From IMG/VR virus record IMGVR_UViG_3300037067_022550: a stretch of 64,000 nt of DNA. One strand, written 5' to 3'. Position numbers and translations under genes: made by a program. This stretch comes from a virus. The notes beneath the pieces were generated by a model. The model did no database searches. It was not told where the DNA came from and saw nothing but the letters and a program-made list of their open reading frames with translations. Below are positions 47,199 through 56,744 of the stretch, in pieces. How positions within the stretch are numbered: the stretch's first letter is position 1; every line of letters starts with the position of its first letter.

Positions 47199-47537
47199 AT
47201 GATTAAAAAGTTTACGGTAACAAAAGATCATTTAAAATTACTGAGAAGAATGTATGTGGATTGGGATTATTGTGAGTTTGGAGCACCAGCTATTGATCCC
47301 AAAAGACCTTATGGTAATAGTTCTGTTTTAAATGATATACATGAAATTATTACTGGTGAAGAGATAGGAATGGTAGATAGTAAACGCGACGAGTTAACAG
47401 AATGTGAAGAAGAAAGATATTTAAAATTGCATAAGGAAACAAAAACAGCTTTGCAAATTGTTCTTGCGGTTGGAAAATTTGAAATTGGTGATTACGAAGC
47501 AGACAACTATGATATAAAGTGGAAAAAATGTAAATAA
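47199..47537 (+). CDS. hypothetical protein
   Basis: 112-aa ORF. Confidence 0.5.
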   Translation: MIKKFTVTKDHLKLLRRMYVDWDYCEFGAPAIDPKRPYGNSSVLNDIHEIITGEEIGMVDSKRDELTECEEERYLKLHKETKTALQIVLAVGKFEIGDYEADNYDIKWKKCK

Positions 47538-47549
47538 GGATGTAAAATT

Positions 47550-47783
47550 ATGTCTATAGAAGTAACATGTTTTTTTTGCAAAACAGATATGGATAAAACG
47601 GGAGCAGTGTTATGGTCTCCCCCTTTCGATCCACCCATATTTACTCCTTATAAGTCTGGGGAAACGCCCATTACTTGTGATAAATTTCATATTTGTAGAA
47701 AATGTTTCAAAGAAATAATGAAAAAAAATGTAAGAAAAATAATAGAAAGAGGAGTAAAAAATTATGTCATTAAAAAAAGTTAA
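47550..47783 (+). CDS. zinc-ribbon protein
   Basis: CFFCK...CRKCF. Confidence 0.45.
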   Translation: MSIEVTCFFCKTDMDKTGAVLWSPPFDPPIFTPYKSGETPITCDKFHICRKCFKEIMKKNVRKIIERGVKNYVIKKS

Positions 47784-48495
47784 GGTTGGCAGTAATATGT
47801 ACCAGGATTGGATAACGCACGTTCACACCCATCTCGGTGGAGAATGTAGCCACAAATGTATATATTGCTATGTTAAGGGTCCATCCATGAAGAAAAAGCC
47901 TTGCATTGCAGAAAGATATTCTGGAAAATTAAGACTTATTGAAAAAGAGTTTGATGTCAACTATGGCAGGGGAAAGACCATCTTTATGGAACATTGTAAC
48001 GATTTATTTGCAAAAGATGTTCCTGACGAGTTTATATGCAGAATTATTAATCATTGCTCTATGTTTCCCGAAAACACTTATGTATTTCAAACAAAGAACC
48101 CAGCAAGATTTTATGGGTTCTTGCATCTGATGCCCAGAAATACTACCAATGCAATTCTTGGAGCTACCATAGAAACCAATAGAGATATGTCTGAAGTTAG
48201 TAAGGCTCCTCCTGCTCAAAAAAGATATGAAGCAATGAAAAATTTATCTTGCAGAAAATTCATTACGGTGGAACCAATATTGCGATTCGATCTAAAAATT
48301 CTAGCAAAATGGATTGGGGAAATAAAACCAGAATTCGTAAACATCGGAGCTGATTCTAAAGGTCATAATCTTATTGAGCCAACCTATGGAGAAATAGTTG
48401 CTTTAGCAGAAGAATTAAGAAATAAATACGGCATTAAAATAATAGAAAAGCACAACATGCAAAGATTAATTGATAAGGAAAAAATCAATGGATAA
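47764..48495 (+). CDS. phage Gp37/Gp68-like radical-SAM-type protein
   Basis: GGECSHKCIYCYV (C-S-H-x-C-x-Y-C-Y) signature. Confidence 0.55.
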   Translation: MSLKKVKVGSNMYQDWITHVHTHLGGECSHKCIYCYVKGPSMKKKPCIAERYSGKLRLIEKEFDVNYGRGKTIFMEHCNDLFAKDVPDEFICRIINHCSMFPENTYVFQTKNPARFYGFLHLMPRNTTNAILGATIETNRDMSEVSKAPPAQKRYEAMKNLSCRKFITVEPILRFDLKILAKWIGEIKPEFVNIGADSKGHNLIEPTYGEIVALAEELRNKYGIKIIEKHNMQRLIDKEKING

Positions 48496-48784
48496 AATTA
48501 CAAAAAAAAATTTAGAAGAAATGGGATTTTTACAATTAGGTAGTAGCTTTAATCCCACGTATTTTATAAATGATGAAATAAAAAAATTATTTGGTTTTAT
48601 GGTTGGGCAAACAAAATACAAGAAATGGTTTATTTATAAATGTTATAATGGAGATTGTGCCAACAAACTAAAAGAAGTAACTTGCATTAGGGAAGTTGTT
48701 CAAGAATTAATTTGGACATCAATTAATTATGGTAAGAACATAAGATCTAATGAAATAAAAAAACTTCTTTTGTCCAATGATTAG
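48470..48784 (+). CDS. hypothetical protein
   Basis: 104-aa ORF. Confidence 0.45.
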   Translation: MIRKKSMDKITKKNLEEMGFLQLGSSFNPTYFINDEIKKLFGFMVGQTKYKKWFIYKCYNGDCANKLKEVTCIREVVQELIWTSINYGKNIRSNEIKKLLLSND

Positions 48785-48977
48785 CAACAAGGAGAAAAAC
48801 ATGAAAATGAAAATGAAAATATCTGAAATTAAACACGATTTTCAAGAATGGGCATCGTTTGCAATTGGAGTGTCTCCTTTGTTGGGTTCACTAGTGTCCT
48901 ATACCAAAGAAAGCCCAAGTCTGATTTCGGTTATAATGGCGCTGGAAAAAACTGGATATGAAATAGAATATGCTTAA
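48777..48977 (+). CDS. hypothetical protein
   Basis: 66-aa ORF. Confidence 0.4.
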   Translation: MISNKEKNMKMKMKISEIKHDFQEWASFAIGVSPLLGSLVSYTKESPSLISVIMALEKTGYEIEYA

Positions 48978-49000
48978 ACTTATAAAAATTAGGGGAAATA

Positions 49001-49210
49001 ATGCCAATTCAACATAATAAAAATTTTGGAGTTTATCATTGGGACACCTTTGACAATGAAACATTACTTGTAGGTGAAGCAAATACACTTAATGAAGCAG
49101 AAGAAATAGTCCAAAAAAAATATAAGGGGCGTATAAGTGGACAAGGAGCAGACCAAGTTGATATTGTGGACAAAAAGGGGAGCATTGTTGCGAAGTTTCA
49201 TGTGATGTAA
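49001..49210 (+). CDS. hypothetical protein
   Basis: 69-aa ORF. Confidence 0.45.
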   Translation: MPIQHNKNFGVYHWDTFDNETLLVGEANTLNEAEEIVQKKYKGRISGQGADQVDIVDKKGSIVAKFHVM

Positions 49211-49211
49211 T

Positions 49212-49421
49212 ATGAAAACAAAAATTAAAACCGGAATGAAAGACGATAATGGCGATGCTATTTATATTGGCAATGTTCTTCAAAGCATAAACGGATATAA
49301 AGTTGTTGTTCAGATTGGAGATGATGGCAAGTTTGAAGGAAAATTAGTGTGCAAAAAATCACACCCATGCGCCAATATTCCTTATCACCTAAATAACGGA
49401 AAAGACCACATTATTGCTTAA
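49212..49421 (+). CDS. hypothetical protein
   Basis: 69-aa ORF. Confidence 0.45.
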   Translation: MKTKIKTGMKDDNGDAIYIGNVLQSINGYKVVVQIGDDGKFEGKLVCKKSHPCANIPYHLNNGKDHIIA

Positions 49422-49431
49422 AGGAGAATGA

Positions 49432-49701
49432 ATGCACAAATCATATTTAACAAAATTAATTAAAGACATTCCGGATAATGCAGATATAGTAATTAGTAAG
49501 TGCTTTGTACTTGATGAAAAAAAAGAGATAACAGGCATTCTGGATATTCCGATTGTTGGAACTGCTTTTAATAAAGATAATAATGAATTTCGTTTCATGT
49601 TACTTTTGAAAGATGTTGATGGTAGCTTCCCGCCAAAAGATTTAAAGTTTTTTAAGAAAAGTAAAAAAAGAAGTGAAAACAAAAAGAAGAAAACTATGTA
49701 A
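49432..49701 (+). CDS. hypothetical protein
   Basis: AAGGAG RBS; 89 aa. Confidence 0.45.
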   Translation: MHKSYLTKLIKDIPDNADIVISKCFVLDEKKEITGILDIPIVGTAFNKDNNEFRFMLLLKDVDGSFPPKDLKFFKKSKKRSENKKKKTM

Positions 49702-49919
49702 AGCTGTTTGCAGAAGTGCTGCAATTGCTCCATGCTCACTGAATAAGGGACACCACGGGGACCATGTTTCTTGGATTTATTCATGGAGAAGAAGGAAAGA
49801 AATAAAGCCTAATGGCATAAAACTGGCAAAGAAAAGAAAAAAATAATTAAAATAATAGTTGCCCACCTTACGGACGACTTGCGTAGAAAGCCAAATAATT
49901 AAAAAGCAAGGAGTAAGAC

Positions 49920-50243
49920 ATGAGTTTAACCCTTAATAGACCAAAAACCAATCCATCTGTTACTGTTTCTTTTCATGGGTATTTTGCTAAAGACGTTGTT
50001 CATGTTTATGCCCATAAAACAGCAGATTTAGATATTGACCTTCAAGATTGGTTGGATGCCACGCTTTATATATTAGCTAATACTAATCTTGAACCTAATG
50101 ATTCTCGTCTTGAATTTATCCGTAAAGTAAAATCAATGAAGAAAATAAACGGATGGAATGGTAACAAAGACGGTTCTCAACGATTAAAAGTAAATAGGAA
50201 ATCCCTAAAAAAAGACAAACTCGGAGTGGGATTTGTTTTTTAA
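49920..50243 (+). CDS. hypothetical protein
   Basis: AAGGAG RBS; 107 aa. Confidence 0.5.
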   Translation: MSLTLNRPKTNPSVTVSFHGYFAKDVVHVYAHKTADLDIDLQDWLDATLYILANTNLEPNDSRLEFIRKVKSMKKINGWNGNKDGSQRLKVNRKSLKKDKLGVGFVF

Positions 50244-50257
50244 AAAAGGTAGATTAT

Positions 50258-50527
50258 ATGAAAAATCACCCCATGCAACCGTTAGAAAAAGATGAAGATG
50301 GAACAATACGATTTAAAAGAAATAAAATTGTAAGTTTTTTAAAAGATACCAGCAAGTACAATCTAAATGAACTTTCTCTTATGCCGTTCGATAAAGAAGA
50401 CTGGGAACAATTTGCTCAACTTATAGGCTATTCTTTGGACGGTTTTGGTGAATTGAGTTATGTAAATGAAAAAACTTATAAAAAAGCTTATGAAAAATAT
50501 TTTAATAAAAAATTAAAGGAGGAATAA
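50258..50527 (+). CDS. hypothetical protein
   Basis: 89-aa ORF. Confidence 0.5.
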   Translation: MKNHPMQPLEKDEDGTIRFKRNKIVSFLKDTSKYNLNELSLMPFDKEDWEQFAQLIGYSLDGFGELSYVNEKTYKKAYEKYFNKKLKEE

Positions 50528-50528
50528 A

Positions 50529-50996
50529 ATGGGATTAGACACTTCTCACGATTGTTGGCATGGGGCATATAGTGCATTTATGAGATGGAGAGAAAAAATT
50601 GCCGATGCTGCAGGACTGCCCCCTTTGCAGTTAATGGAGGGATTTTATGAGCCATTATTTCATTCTAATATTAAAAACACGGAATTTCCAACTCTATTTC
50701 ACGGAATACATGATGGAAAAGATGAATATCTAAAGAAAATTGATTCTCAGCTTCCAATAAAATGGGAATGTCTCAAGCCTTCCCCTTTATTTTTTTTACT
50801 TCATCATTCTGATTGTGATGGCAATATACCCTGGAGCAAATGTAGAAAAATAGCTAATGAGCTTGAAAAGCTAATATCAAAATTGCCTGATGAAGATGAT
50901 GGTGGTCACATAGGAAACTGGAGAGAAAAAACTCAAAAATTTGTGAATGGTCTTCGTTTAGCATATAGCAAAAAGGAAAATGTTAGATTTTTCTAG
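50529..50996 (+). CDS. hypothetical protein
   Basis: AAGGAGG RBS; 155 aa. Confidence 0.5.
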   Translation: MGLDTSHDCWHGAYSAFMRWREKIADAAGLPPLQLMEGFYEPLFHSNIKNTEFPTLFHGIHDGKDEYLKKIDSQLPIKWECLKPSPLFFLLHHSDCDGNIPWSKCRKIANELEKLISKLPDEDDGGHIGNWREKTQKFVNGLRLAYSKKENVRFF

Positions 50997-51007
50997 TTGA
51001 GGACGCC

Positions 51008-51292
51008 ATGCAAATGAAAGAAGAAGAACTTAAAGAATGGTTTAAATAATCAAAGCATGTTTGTATCACTAGCGGTGAATATGATGAGAACGGCAACTAT
51101 TGGTCAGAGTCTATCTATGAACATAATGATAAACTTTATTCCATTGTTTTTTGTAACGGAAAACCCCTTGAAAAATCTGTAGAAAAAGGTTATGTTCGTG
51201 GAGTTTATGAGCCTCGAGAAGTTATTAGAAAAATAGAAATATTTGAAAGAGTGTATTACGAACCCAAGGAACCCAACAGTGAAAAAATCTAG
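51008..51292 (+). pseudogene. ORF interrupted by a single in-frame TAA (51047-51049): MQMKEEELKEWFK*SKHVCITSGEYDENGNYW...EPNSEKI
   Basis: Manual translation. Downstream 81 codons have no Met in frame, so the track does not list it. Confidence 0.3.
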
Positions 51293-51575
51293 AAAAGTAC
51301 GCATAATGGGTCAAGATATGAGATTTTTTATTGACAATAACGCTCCTGACTATCAAGATGGAGGAACATTTACTAAAGTTATTCTTTATGGGGAAAATAC
51401 AGAAAGATGGCATTGGAATGTTGACCATAATTACCAAAGATTAGATAAAAAACCAAGAATAATTCATAACACTATGCCTCAATGCAAAAGTAAAAAAACA
51501 AAATTCAATAAATTAATTTCTGCAAGTGATGTTAAAAAAGCATTTATGGAAAGAAAATTTAGAAAAGCACAATAA
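51243..51575 (+). CDS. hypothetical protein (start uncertain; possible start at 51306 MGQDMRFF)
   Basis: 110-aa ORF overlapping the interrupted ORF. Confidence 0.4.
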   Translation: MKECITNPRNPTVKKSRKVRIMGQDMRFFIDNNAPDYQDGGTFTKVILYGENTERWHWNVDHNYQRLDKKPRIIHNTMPQCKSKKTKFNKLISASDVKKAFMERKFRKAQ

Positions 51576-52335
51576 AAGGAGAAATCAGATGTATAAGAAA
51601 GAAGAATATATTTTGAAAAAAAGCATTGGTGAAGAAATTTTTGATCTTTTCTGTAAATATAATTGTTTAATTGCTGGTGGAGCTATCACTAGTATTTTTA
51701 GTGGTAATATTATTAAGGATTATGATGTTTATTTTCACGATAAAGAGTCTTTAGAAAAACTTAAAAAACATATGATAAGTTTGTCAGAAAACCAGATGAA
51801 CCCTAAAATAGGTAAAGTTATTATATCAATAACAACTCCTAACTCCTTTAATTTTTCAGTTGGTAATAAAATTTTTCAACTAATTCTCTTGGATGATTTA
51901 ATACAAACAGATACAAAAAAAATTATTGAACAATTTGATTTTACTGTTTGTATGGGGGCATATGATTTTCAAACTAATTCTTTTGTTTTTGATAAAGATT
52001 TTTTCAATCATCTTTCTCAAAGATCTTTAGTTTATAATATCAATTCACAATATCCATTTGCATCACTATATAGAGTGATTAAATATATTAAAAAGGGTTT
52101 TAAAATATCTGGAATTGAGATGATTAAATTGGGTTTAAAATGCAATAATATTAAAATAAATAATTATCAAGAATTAAGGAAACAATTATTGGGAATTGAT
52201 ACTTTGTTTTTAAAAGATTTAACAGACAAATTTAATTCTTCTGAAATGGCAGAAAAAGAATATGATTTTAATTATTTTTTAGGTTTAATGGATGATTACC
52301 TGTCAAAAATTAGTGAATTTAATATGAATGAATAA
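51526..52335 (+). CDS. nucleotidyltransferase-fold protein (probable start 51589, MYKKEEYIL after AAAGGAG)
   Basis: AGGAITSIFSGNIIKDYDVYF fits hG[GS]-x(9-13)-DhDh pol-beta NTase signature. Confidence 0.45.
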   Translation: MMLKKHLWKENLEKHNKRRNQMYKKEEYILKKSIGEEIFDLFCKYNCLIAGGAITSIFSGNIIKDYDVYFHDKESLEKLKKHMISLSENQMNPKIGKVIISITTPNSFNFSVGNKIFQLILLDDLIQTDTKKIIEQFDFTVCMGAYDFQTNSFVFDKDFFNHLSQRSLVYNINSQYPFASLYRVIKYIKKGFKISGIEMIKLGLKCNNIKINNYQELRKQLLGIDTLFLKDLTDKFNSSEMAEKEYDFNYFLGLMDDYLSKISEFNMNE

Positions 52336-52400
52336 TAAAGCTTGACAATTAAAAACTTTTTATATATTTTATAAATAGCAAATATATTAAGGTAAAAATA

Positions 52401-52643
52401 ATGAATGATGATTATAAAAAAGCAAAAGAGTTAAATACAATTAAAAAAGATAGATGGGAAAATGGAATAAAACATCATCCCATGTCTTTAAGATTAATGG
52501 AATTTTTAGAAGAACATGACTTCAATGACTATGATGATTACTTTTGTTGGAAAATGGGTGGAGATGGTGATAACGGCGAACAACTAATGTTTGAAATGGA
52601 TCCATTTTTTGAAATGCTAGATTTATTAAATAAATCTAAATAA
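52401..52643 (+). CDS. hypothetical acidic protein
   Basis: 80-aa ORF. Confidence 0.45.
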   Translation: MNDDYKKAKELNTIKKDRWENGIKHHPMSLRLMEFLEEHDFNDYDDYFCWKMGGDGDNGEQLMFEMDPFFEMLDLLNKSK

Positions 52644-52650
52644 CATAGAT

Positions 52651-52929
52651 ATGAAAACAATATACAAATATGAATTAGAAATAACAGACAAACAAGAAAT
52701 TACAATACAAAAGGGATACAAAAACCTACATGTTGGCTATGATGGTAGAAATAAATTATGCCTGTGGTCTATGGTTGATAATCAAGCTCCTAAAACAAAA
52801 TGTACCATATATATTGTAGGAACTGGAAATAAAATGCCTGATTGCAAAGTAGAATACATAGGAAGTGTTAATGATAATGTGACAAATATGAATTTAACTT
52901 TTATTTGGCATATTTTTGCTGAAAAATAA
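52651..52929 (+). CDS. hypothetical protein
   Basis: 92-aa ORF. Confidence 0.45.
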   Translation: MKTIYKYELEITDKQEITIQKGYKNLHVGYDGRNKLCLWSMVDNQAPKTKCTIYIVGTGNKMPDCKVEYIGSVNDNVTNMNLTFIWHIFAEK

Positions 52930-52946
52930 TTAGGTCGCGATAAACA

Positions 52947-53675
52947 ATGAAACCTATAAAAATAAACAATCCATTAATAGTTGGATATAAAGGCGAAATA
53001 GGCTCTTTTATACTTAACGGCCTTTTAAAAATAATGCCTAAAGCATTAAACATATGGTGCGTTGATGTTAATGAGACTGAACCAGAAATAATAGAAAGGA
53101 TACAAAAATCAGATACTATTTTTCTTTGCGTCCCCATGAAAAATACTGTAGAATGGATGATAAATTATCACTTGCTTCTTAAAAACAAAATAATTATTGA
53201 ACAAACATCCCTGAAAGGATGGCTCACTGACAAAAAGTGGTTATCAGATAAAAGATTAAGAGAATTGGACGTTAGGTCTATGCATATATTGTTTAGGCCG
53301 TCTCAAACTCCAAATATTTGCGACAGAAAGGTTGCCTTAATAACCGGACAAACAAATTGTACAAATGTTGCCGAAATTGAAGCTATAACTCAATCAAGCA
53401 TAGTATGGTTTAATAGTATAGAAGAACACGATAAGGAAATGGCAATTCAGCAAGCATTGGTTCACAGAACTTTGCTTGTTCTTGGCAAAGCGTTAGAAAA
53501 TTGTCATAGTTCAACATATGTTTCTCAAAAAGTTTTAGATCTTTGTGAAAGAATTAAAAAGGGAAATTTGGATTTATATAAGGTAATCCAAGAAAACAAA
53601 AATTTGGATGCTCCATTAAATAAGTTCATTGATGATTTTGAAAACTTTAAAATAGAATATTTCTGGAAAAAATAA
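52947..53675 (+). CDS. NAD(P)-binding Rossmann-fold protein (dehydrogenase/reductase-like)
   Basis: N-terminal VGYKGEIGSFIL GxxGxxG-type dinucleotide-binding motif. Confidence 0.45.
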   Translation: MKPIKINNPLIVGYKGEIGSFILNGLLKIMPKALNIWCVDVNETEPEIIERIQKSDTIFLCVPMKNTVEWMINYHLLLKNKIIIEQTSLKGWLTDKKWLSDKRLRELDVRSMHILFRPSQTPNICDRKVALITGQTNCTNVAEIEAITQSSIVWFNSIEEHDKEMAIQQALVHRTLLVLGKALENCHSSTYVSQKVLDLCERIKKGNLDLYKVIQENKNLDAPLNKFIDDFENFKIEYFWKK

Positions 53676-53689
53676 GGAAAAAATTATAA

Positions 53690-54127
53690 ATGAAAAAGAT
53701 AAAATACTTTTATGTTGCGTTCTCTGGATTGGAAGGATTAGATCATAATTGTGTAGGTGTTTTTACAGAAAAGAAAGATGCTATAGAAGCTTCTAAATTA
53801 AACGGTAATAATAATGCAGATGTTAAGAGAATAACTATTAACCCTAAACTTCCTAAACATCCCAAAGGAAAATATTTATTTAAGGTTTATGTTAATTTTA
53901 ACGACATGGCGATGGCATTACGATGCAATCCAAAATTTTACAAAAAAATACAGCAAAAAATAGTTATTAATAACTATGTGTATCTTTGGGCTAAAAGTCA
54001 TAATGAAGCTGAAAAAATTGCCAGAAATATTGCAAAAGAATATTTTAGTAATAAATCGCTTTTACCAGATCCAGAATCGTCTTCATCAGGAGACACTTCT
54101 GATTCCACAAATGATGGCCTGGATTAA
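53690..54127 (+). CDS. hypothetical protein
   Basis: 145-aa ORF. Confidence 0.5.
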   Translation: MKKIKYFYVAFSGLEGLDHNCVGVFTEKKDAIEASKLNGNNNADVKRITINPKLPKHPKGKYLFKVYVNFNDMAMALRCNPKFYKKIQQKIVINNYVYLWAKSHNEAEKIARNIAKEYFSNKSLLPDPESSSSGDTSDSTNDGLD

Positions 54128-54231
54128 TATTGACTTTTACAAATTCATTGTTGGATTAATTGAAAACAGGCAGATAATAAAACGAAATTCACTAAAATAG
54201 TAAAAGTTCCAACTACAGAAATTGGTAAATA

Positions 54232-54513
54232 ATGAAGAATATTAATAAAAAACAATATATTGAATATGTAGTTTTTGTAGATGGAATGGATGGAGATATA
54301 TATTATGGATTAGATGAGATGAACCATGCAGTTTCAAAAGCTTTTACAAACCATGCCAGAGAAGTTATTATTAAATTTTATTCTCCCAAATTAGAAACTC
54401 CAAGTTCAGTTAGAAAAAAACTATTGCCAAAAGTAAATTGTGTCAAAACAAAAATAATAATTGATAAGCAGGTAGAAGGTTGGATTAAAGTTATTAGAAT
54501 TCTAAAAAAATAG
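54232..54513 (+). CDS. hypothetical protein
   Basis: 93-aa ORF. Confidence 0.45.
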   Translation: MKNINKKQYIEYVVFVDGMDGDIYYGLDEMNHAVSKAFTNHAREVIIKFYSPKLETPSSVRKKLLPKVNCVKTKIIIDKQVEGWIKVIRILKK

Positions 54514-54541
54514 AGTAAACATTTTATAAGGGAACAAGTTT

Positions 54542-54862
54542 ATGAGCAAAATAAAGTATTTAGGAGAAATGGTTTTCCCACAAGAAAGCACTCCTTACTG
54601 CAGGTATGATAAAATTGGTTTGGCTACATATTACGCTTTCAGATATGGTCAAATTGATGGATCACATCACAAACAATGGGTTATTGATCAAATGGTCAGA
54701 ATACTTCTTGGAACCCCCGTTATTTTTTCTCTAGCTAAATGGGATGACGGTCAATCAGAATGGAGACTAAAAACAGATAAGCCATCTCAAGAATACTTGG
54801 ATTTTGTTAAAGATTATAAAAATGATGGTAATTATAACTATGATAAAGGAATTGCTCCTTAA
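54542..54862 (+). CDS. hypothetical protein
   Basis: 106-aa ORF. Confidence 0.5.
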   Translation: MSKIKYLGEMVFPQESTPYCRYDKIGLATYYAFRYGQIDGSHHKQWVIDQMVRILLGTPVIFSLAKWDDGQSEWRLKTDKPSQEYLDFVKDYKNDGNYNYDKGIAP

Positions 54863-54867
54863 AAAAA

Positions 54868-55008
54868 ATGAATATTATTTTTATTTTTATTGGTTTTTTT
54901 GTTGGCTATATAGGTGCTGATTTGTTCCCTAAAAGTTTTAAATGTTGGCAATGGTGGGCTTTTGTTATTGTTATAGGCTTGTTTTTTTATTTTTTTATTG
55001 ACATTTAA
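54868..55008 (+). CDS. 46-aa hydrophobic membrane micropeptide
   Basis: Manual ORF MNIIFIFIGFFVGYIGADLFPKSFKCWQWWAFVIVIGLFFYFFIDI. Confidence 0.3.
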   Translation: MNIIFIFIGFFVGYIGADLFPKSFKCWQWWAFVIVIGLFFYFFIDI

Positions 55009-55025
55009 TATTTTTATGCTATATT
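54998..55025 (+). promoter_or_regulatory. sigma70-like promoter (TTGACA-16nt-TATATT)
   Basis: Seen directly; followed by AAGGGGG RBS of 55050. Confidence 0.35.
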
Positions 55026-55049
55026 TCTTATAAACAAGGGGGATAAAAA

Positions 55050-55286
55050 ATGAGTAAATGCCACGAAATTGATTTTGATTTTAGAGAAGATAAAACATTG
55101 CCCTGTAGAATTGCAGAAGGCTGGGATAAAGCCGGAAGAACTGGACAATATTTTGGAAATATTATGGTTAATGATACGTGCTGGGCTATAGTTTTGTGGG
55201 ATGGAGAAGAAGACCCAGACATGCACAAAATTACAGGAATTGAAATAAACAAACCGCATTGGGTAAAAGCAGAAAATATTGATTAA
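55050..55286 (+). CDS. hypothetical protein
   Basis: 78-aa ORF. Confidence 0.5.
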   Translation: MSKCHEIDFDFREDKTLPCRIAEGWDKAGRTGQYFGNIMVNDTCWAIVLWDGEEDPDMHKITGIEINKPHWVKAENID

Positions 55287-55463
55287 ATGAAAAGATTAAT
55301 AAATATTATTTTAGCTTATATATCACCAAAAAAAGAAAGAAAATGTGAATGGTGCAAAAAAACTAGTTATTTTAGAAGAAAACATATCTGGTGCGAAGTA
55401 GATCGTATTGGTAAAATATATTCTGTATGTGATGATTGTATAAAAACATGTAAAAAAAGTTAA
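55287..55463 (+). CDS. 58-aa zinc-ribbon protein
   Basis: Manual ORF: CEWCKK...CDDCIKTC. Confidence 0.4.
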   Translation: MKRLINIILAYISPKKERKCEWCKKTSYFRRKHIWCEVDRIGKIYSVCDDCIKTCKKS

Positions 55464-55475
55464 GGAAAGAATATT

Positions 55476-56738
55476 ATGCAAGTAATTCAATCAAATAAAC
55501 CAAACAAAGTAATCTACTCTTGGTGCCCAAATATTGATCAAAATGCTCTTGACCAAGCCAAGCTACTTGTTGAACAACTCTTTGTTTTTAGGCACATGTC
55601 TCTTATGCCAGATACACATAAGGGGACAGTAATGCCAATTGGAGGGGTATTAGCCACTAAAGATGTTATTCTTCCTTTTTGCGTCGGTTCAGATGGAGGC
55701 TGTGGAATGTGTGCTGTAAAAACTTCTTTGAAGATTGAAGACTTCAGAGAAGGACAGAAGGAAGAACTTTTGCATAGTATGGAAAGAAGCGTTCCTGTAG
55801 GTTTTCAGCATAATGACGAAAAAAGAATGGGGGAAATAAGGCAAAAATATATTCAAAAAATTGAGTATTTGCTTAAAAAAAACGAAGCAGTGTTAAGAGC
55901 TTCAACACGAATATTTCAAAACGTGCCAAAAACTATTGAAGAACAGGTTGGAACCCTTGGTGGAGGCAACCATTTCTGTGAGATACAATATGATCAAGAT
56001 GAAAACATTTGGATAATGATTCACTCAGGATCTAGAAATATAGGAACTAAAATTTGCGATACTTTCAATGATATCGCAATTGATTTAAATAAGAAATATT
56101 ATTCTCAAGTTCCAGAATCAATCCCATTTCTTCCTACCAACACAATGGAAGCAAAAGAATATCTTGCTTATATGAATTTTGCGTTAGACTTTGCTTTTCT
56201 TAACAGGCAAATTATGATGGATTATATTAAAAAGGATATTTCTTTTTCATTCAAACATATGCAAGTTGATTTTGAAAAAATGATTAATATTCACCACAAT
56301 TATGCTTCTCTTGAAAACCATTTCGGAGAAAACGTATGGATTCATCGTAAGGGGGCAACACTAGCCACTAAAGGAACCATTGGGATCATACCTGGGGCAG
56401 CTGATAAAAATTCAGCTTCATATATAGTTCGGGGGAAGGGTAATCCTGACTCTTATAATTCTTGTTCTCATGGTGCTGGCAGAGTAATGGGTAGAAAAGC
56501 GTTTAACCAAATATATAATACTCCAGAAAAAATGAGGGAAATTGTATCTTCCCTAGACGGAATTACTCATAGCAAGTTTAAGAAAGAACAATCTTACAAG
56601 AAAAATAAAGAAACGGGATTGCTTGATGTTTCTGAAGCTGGTGCTGCATATAAAAATGTTTTCTCAGTTATGAAGAACCAGGAAGATTTAGTTGAAATTG
56701 TTACAACCCTTAAAACCTATATTAATATGAAGGGTTAA
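55476..56738 (+). CDS. rtcB: RtcB RNA ligase (3'-phosphate/5'-OH)
   Basis: MPDTHKGTVMPIGGVLATKDVILPFCVGSDGGCGM and downstream His-rich blocks typical of RtcB. Confidence 0.9.
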   Translation: MQVIQSNKPNKVIYSWCPNIDQNALDQAKLLVEQLFVFRHMSLMPDTHKGTVMPIGGVLATKDVILPFCVGSDGGCGMCAVKTSLKIEDFREGQKEELLHSMERSVPVGFQHNDEKRMGEIRQKYIQKIEYLLKKNEAVLRASTRIFQNVPKTIEEQVGTLGGGNHFCEIQYDQDENIWIMIHSGSRNIGTKICDTFNDIAIDLNKKYYSQVPESIPFLPTNTMEAKEYLAYMNFALDFAFLNRQIMMDYIKKDISFSFKHMQVDFEKMINIHHNYASLENHFGENVWIHRKGATLATKGTIGIIPGAADKNSASYIVRGKGNPDSYNSCSHGAGRVMGRKAFNQIYNTPEKMREIVSSLDGITHSKFKKEQSYKKNKETGLLDVSEAGAAYKNVFSVMKNQEDLVEIVTTLKTYINMKG

Positions 56739-56744
56739 CTATCT

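Noticed and set aside
48795-48830. GAAAATGAAAATGAAAAT tandem repeat; any CRISPR array
   Set aside because: It is a trivial three-unit coding repeat (MKMKMK). No spacer-repeat architecture exists anywhere in the window.
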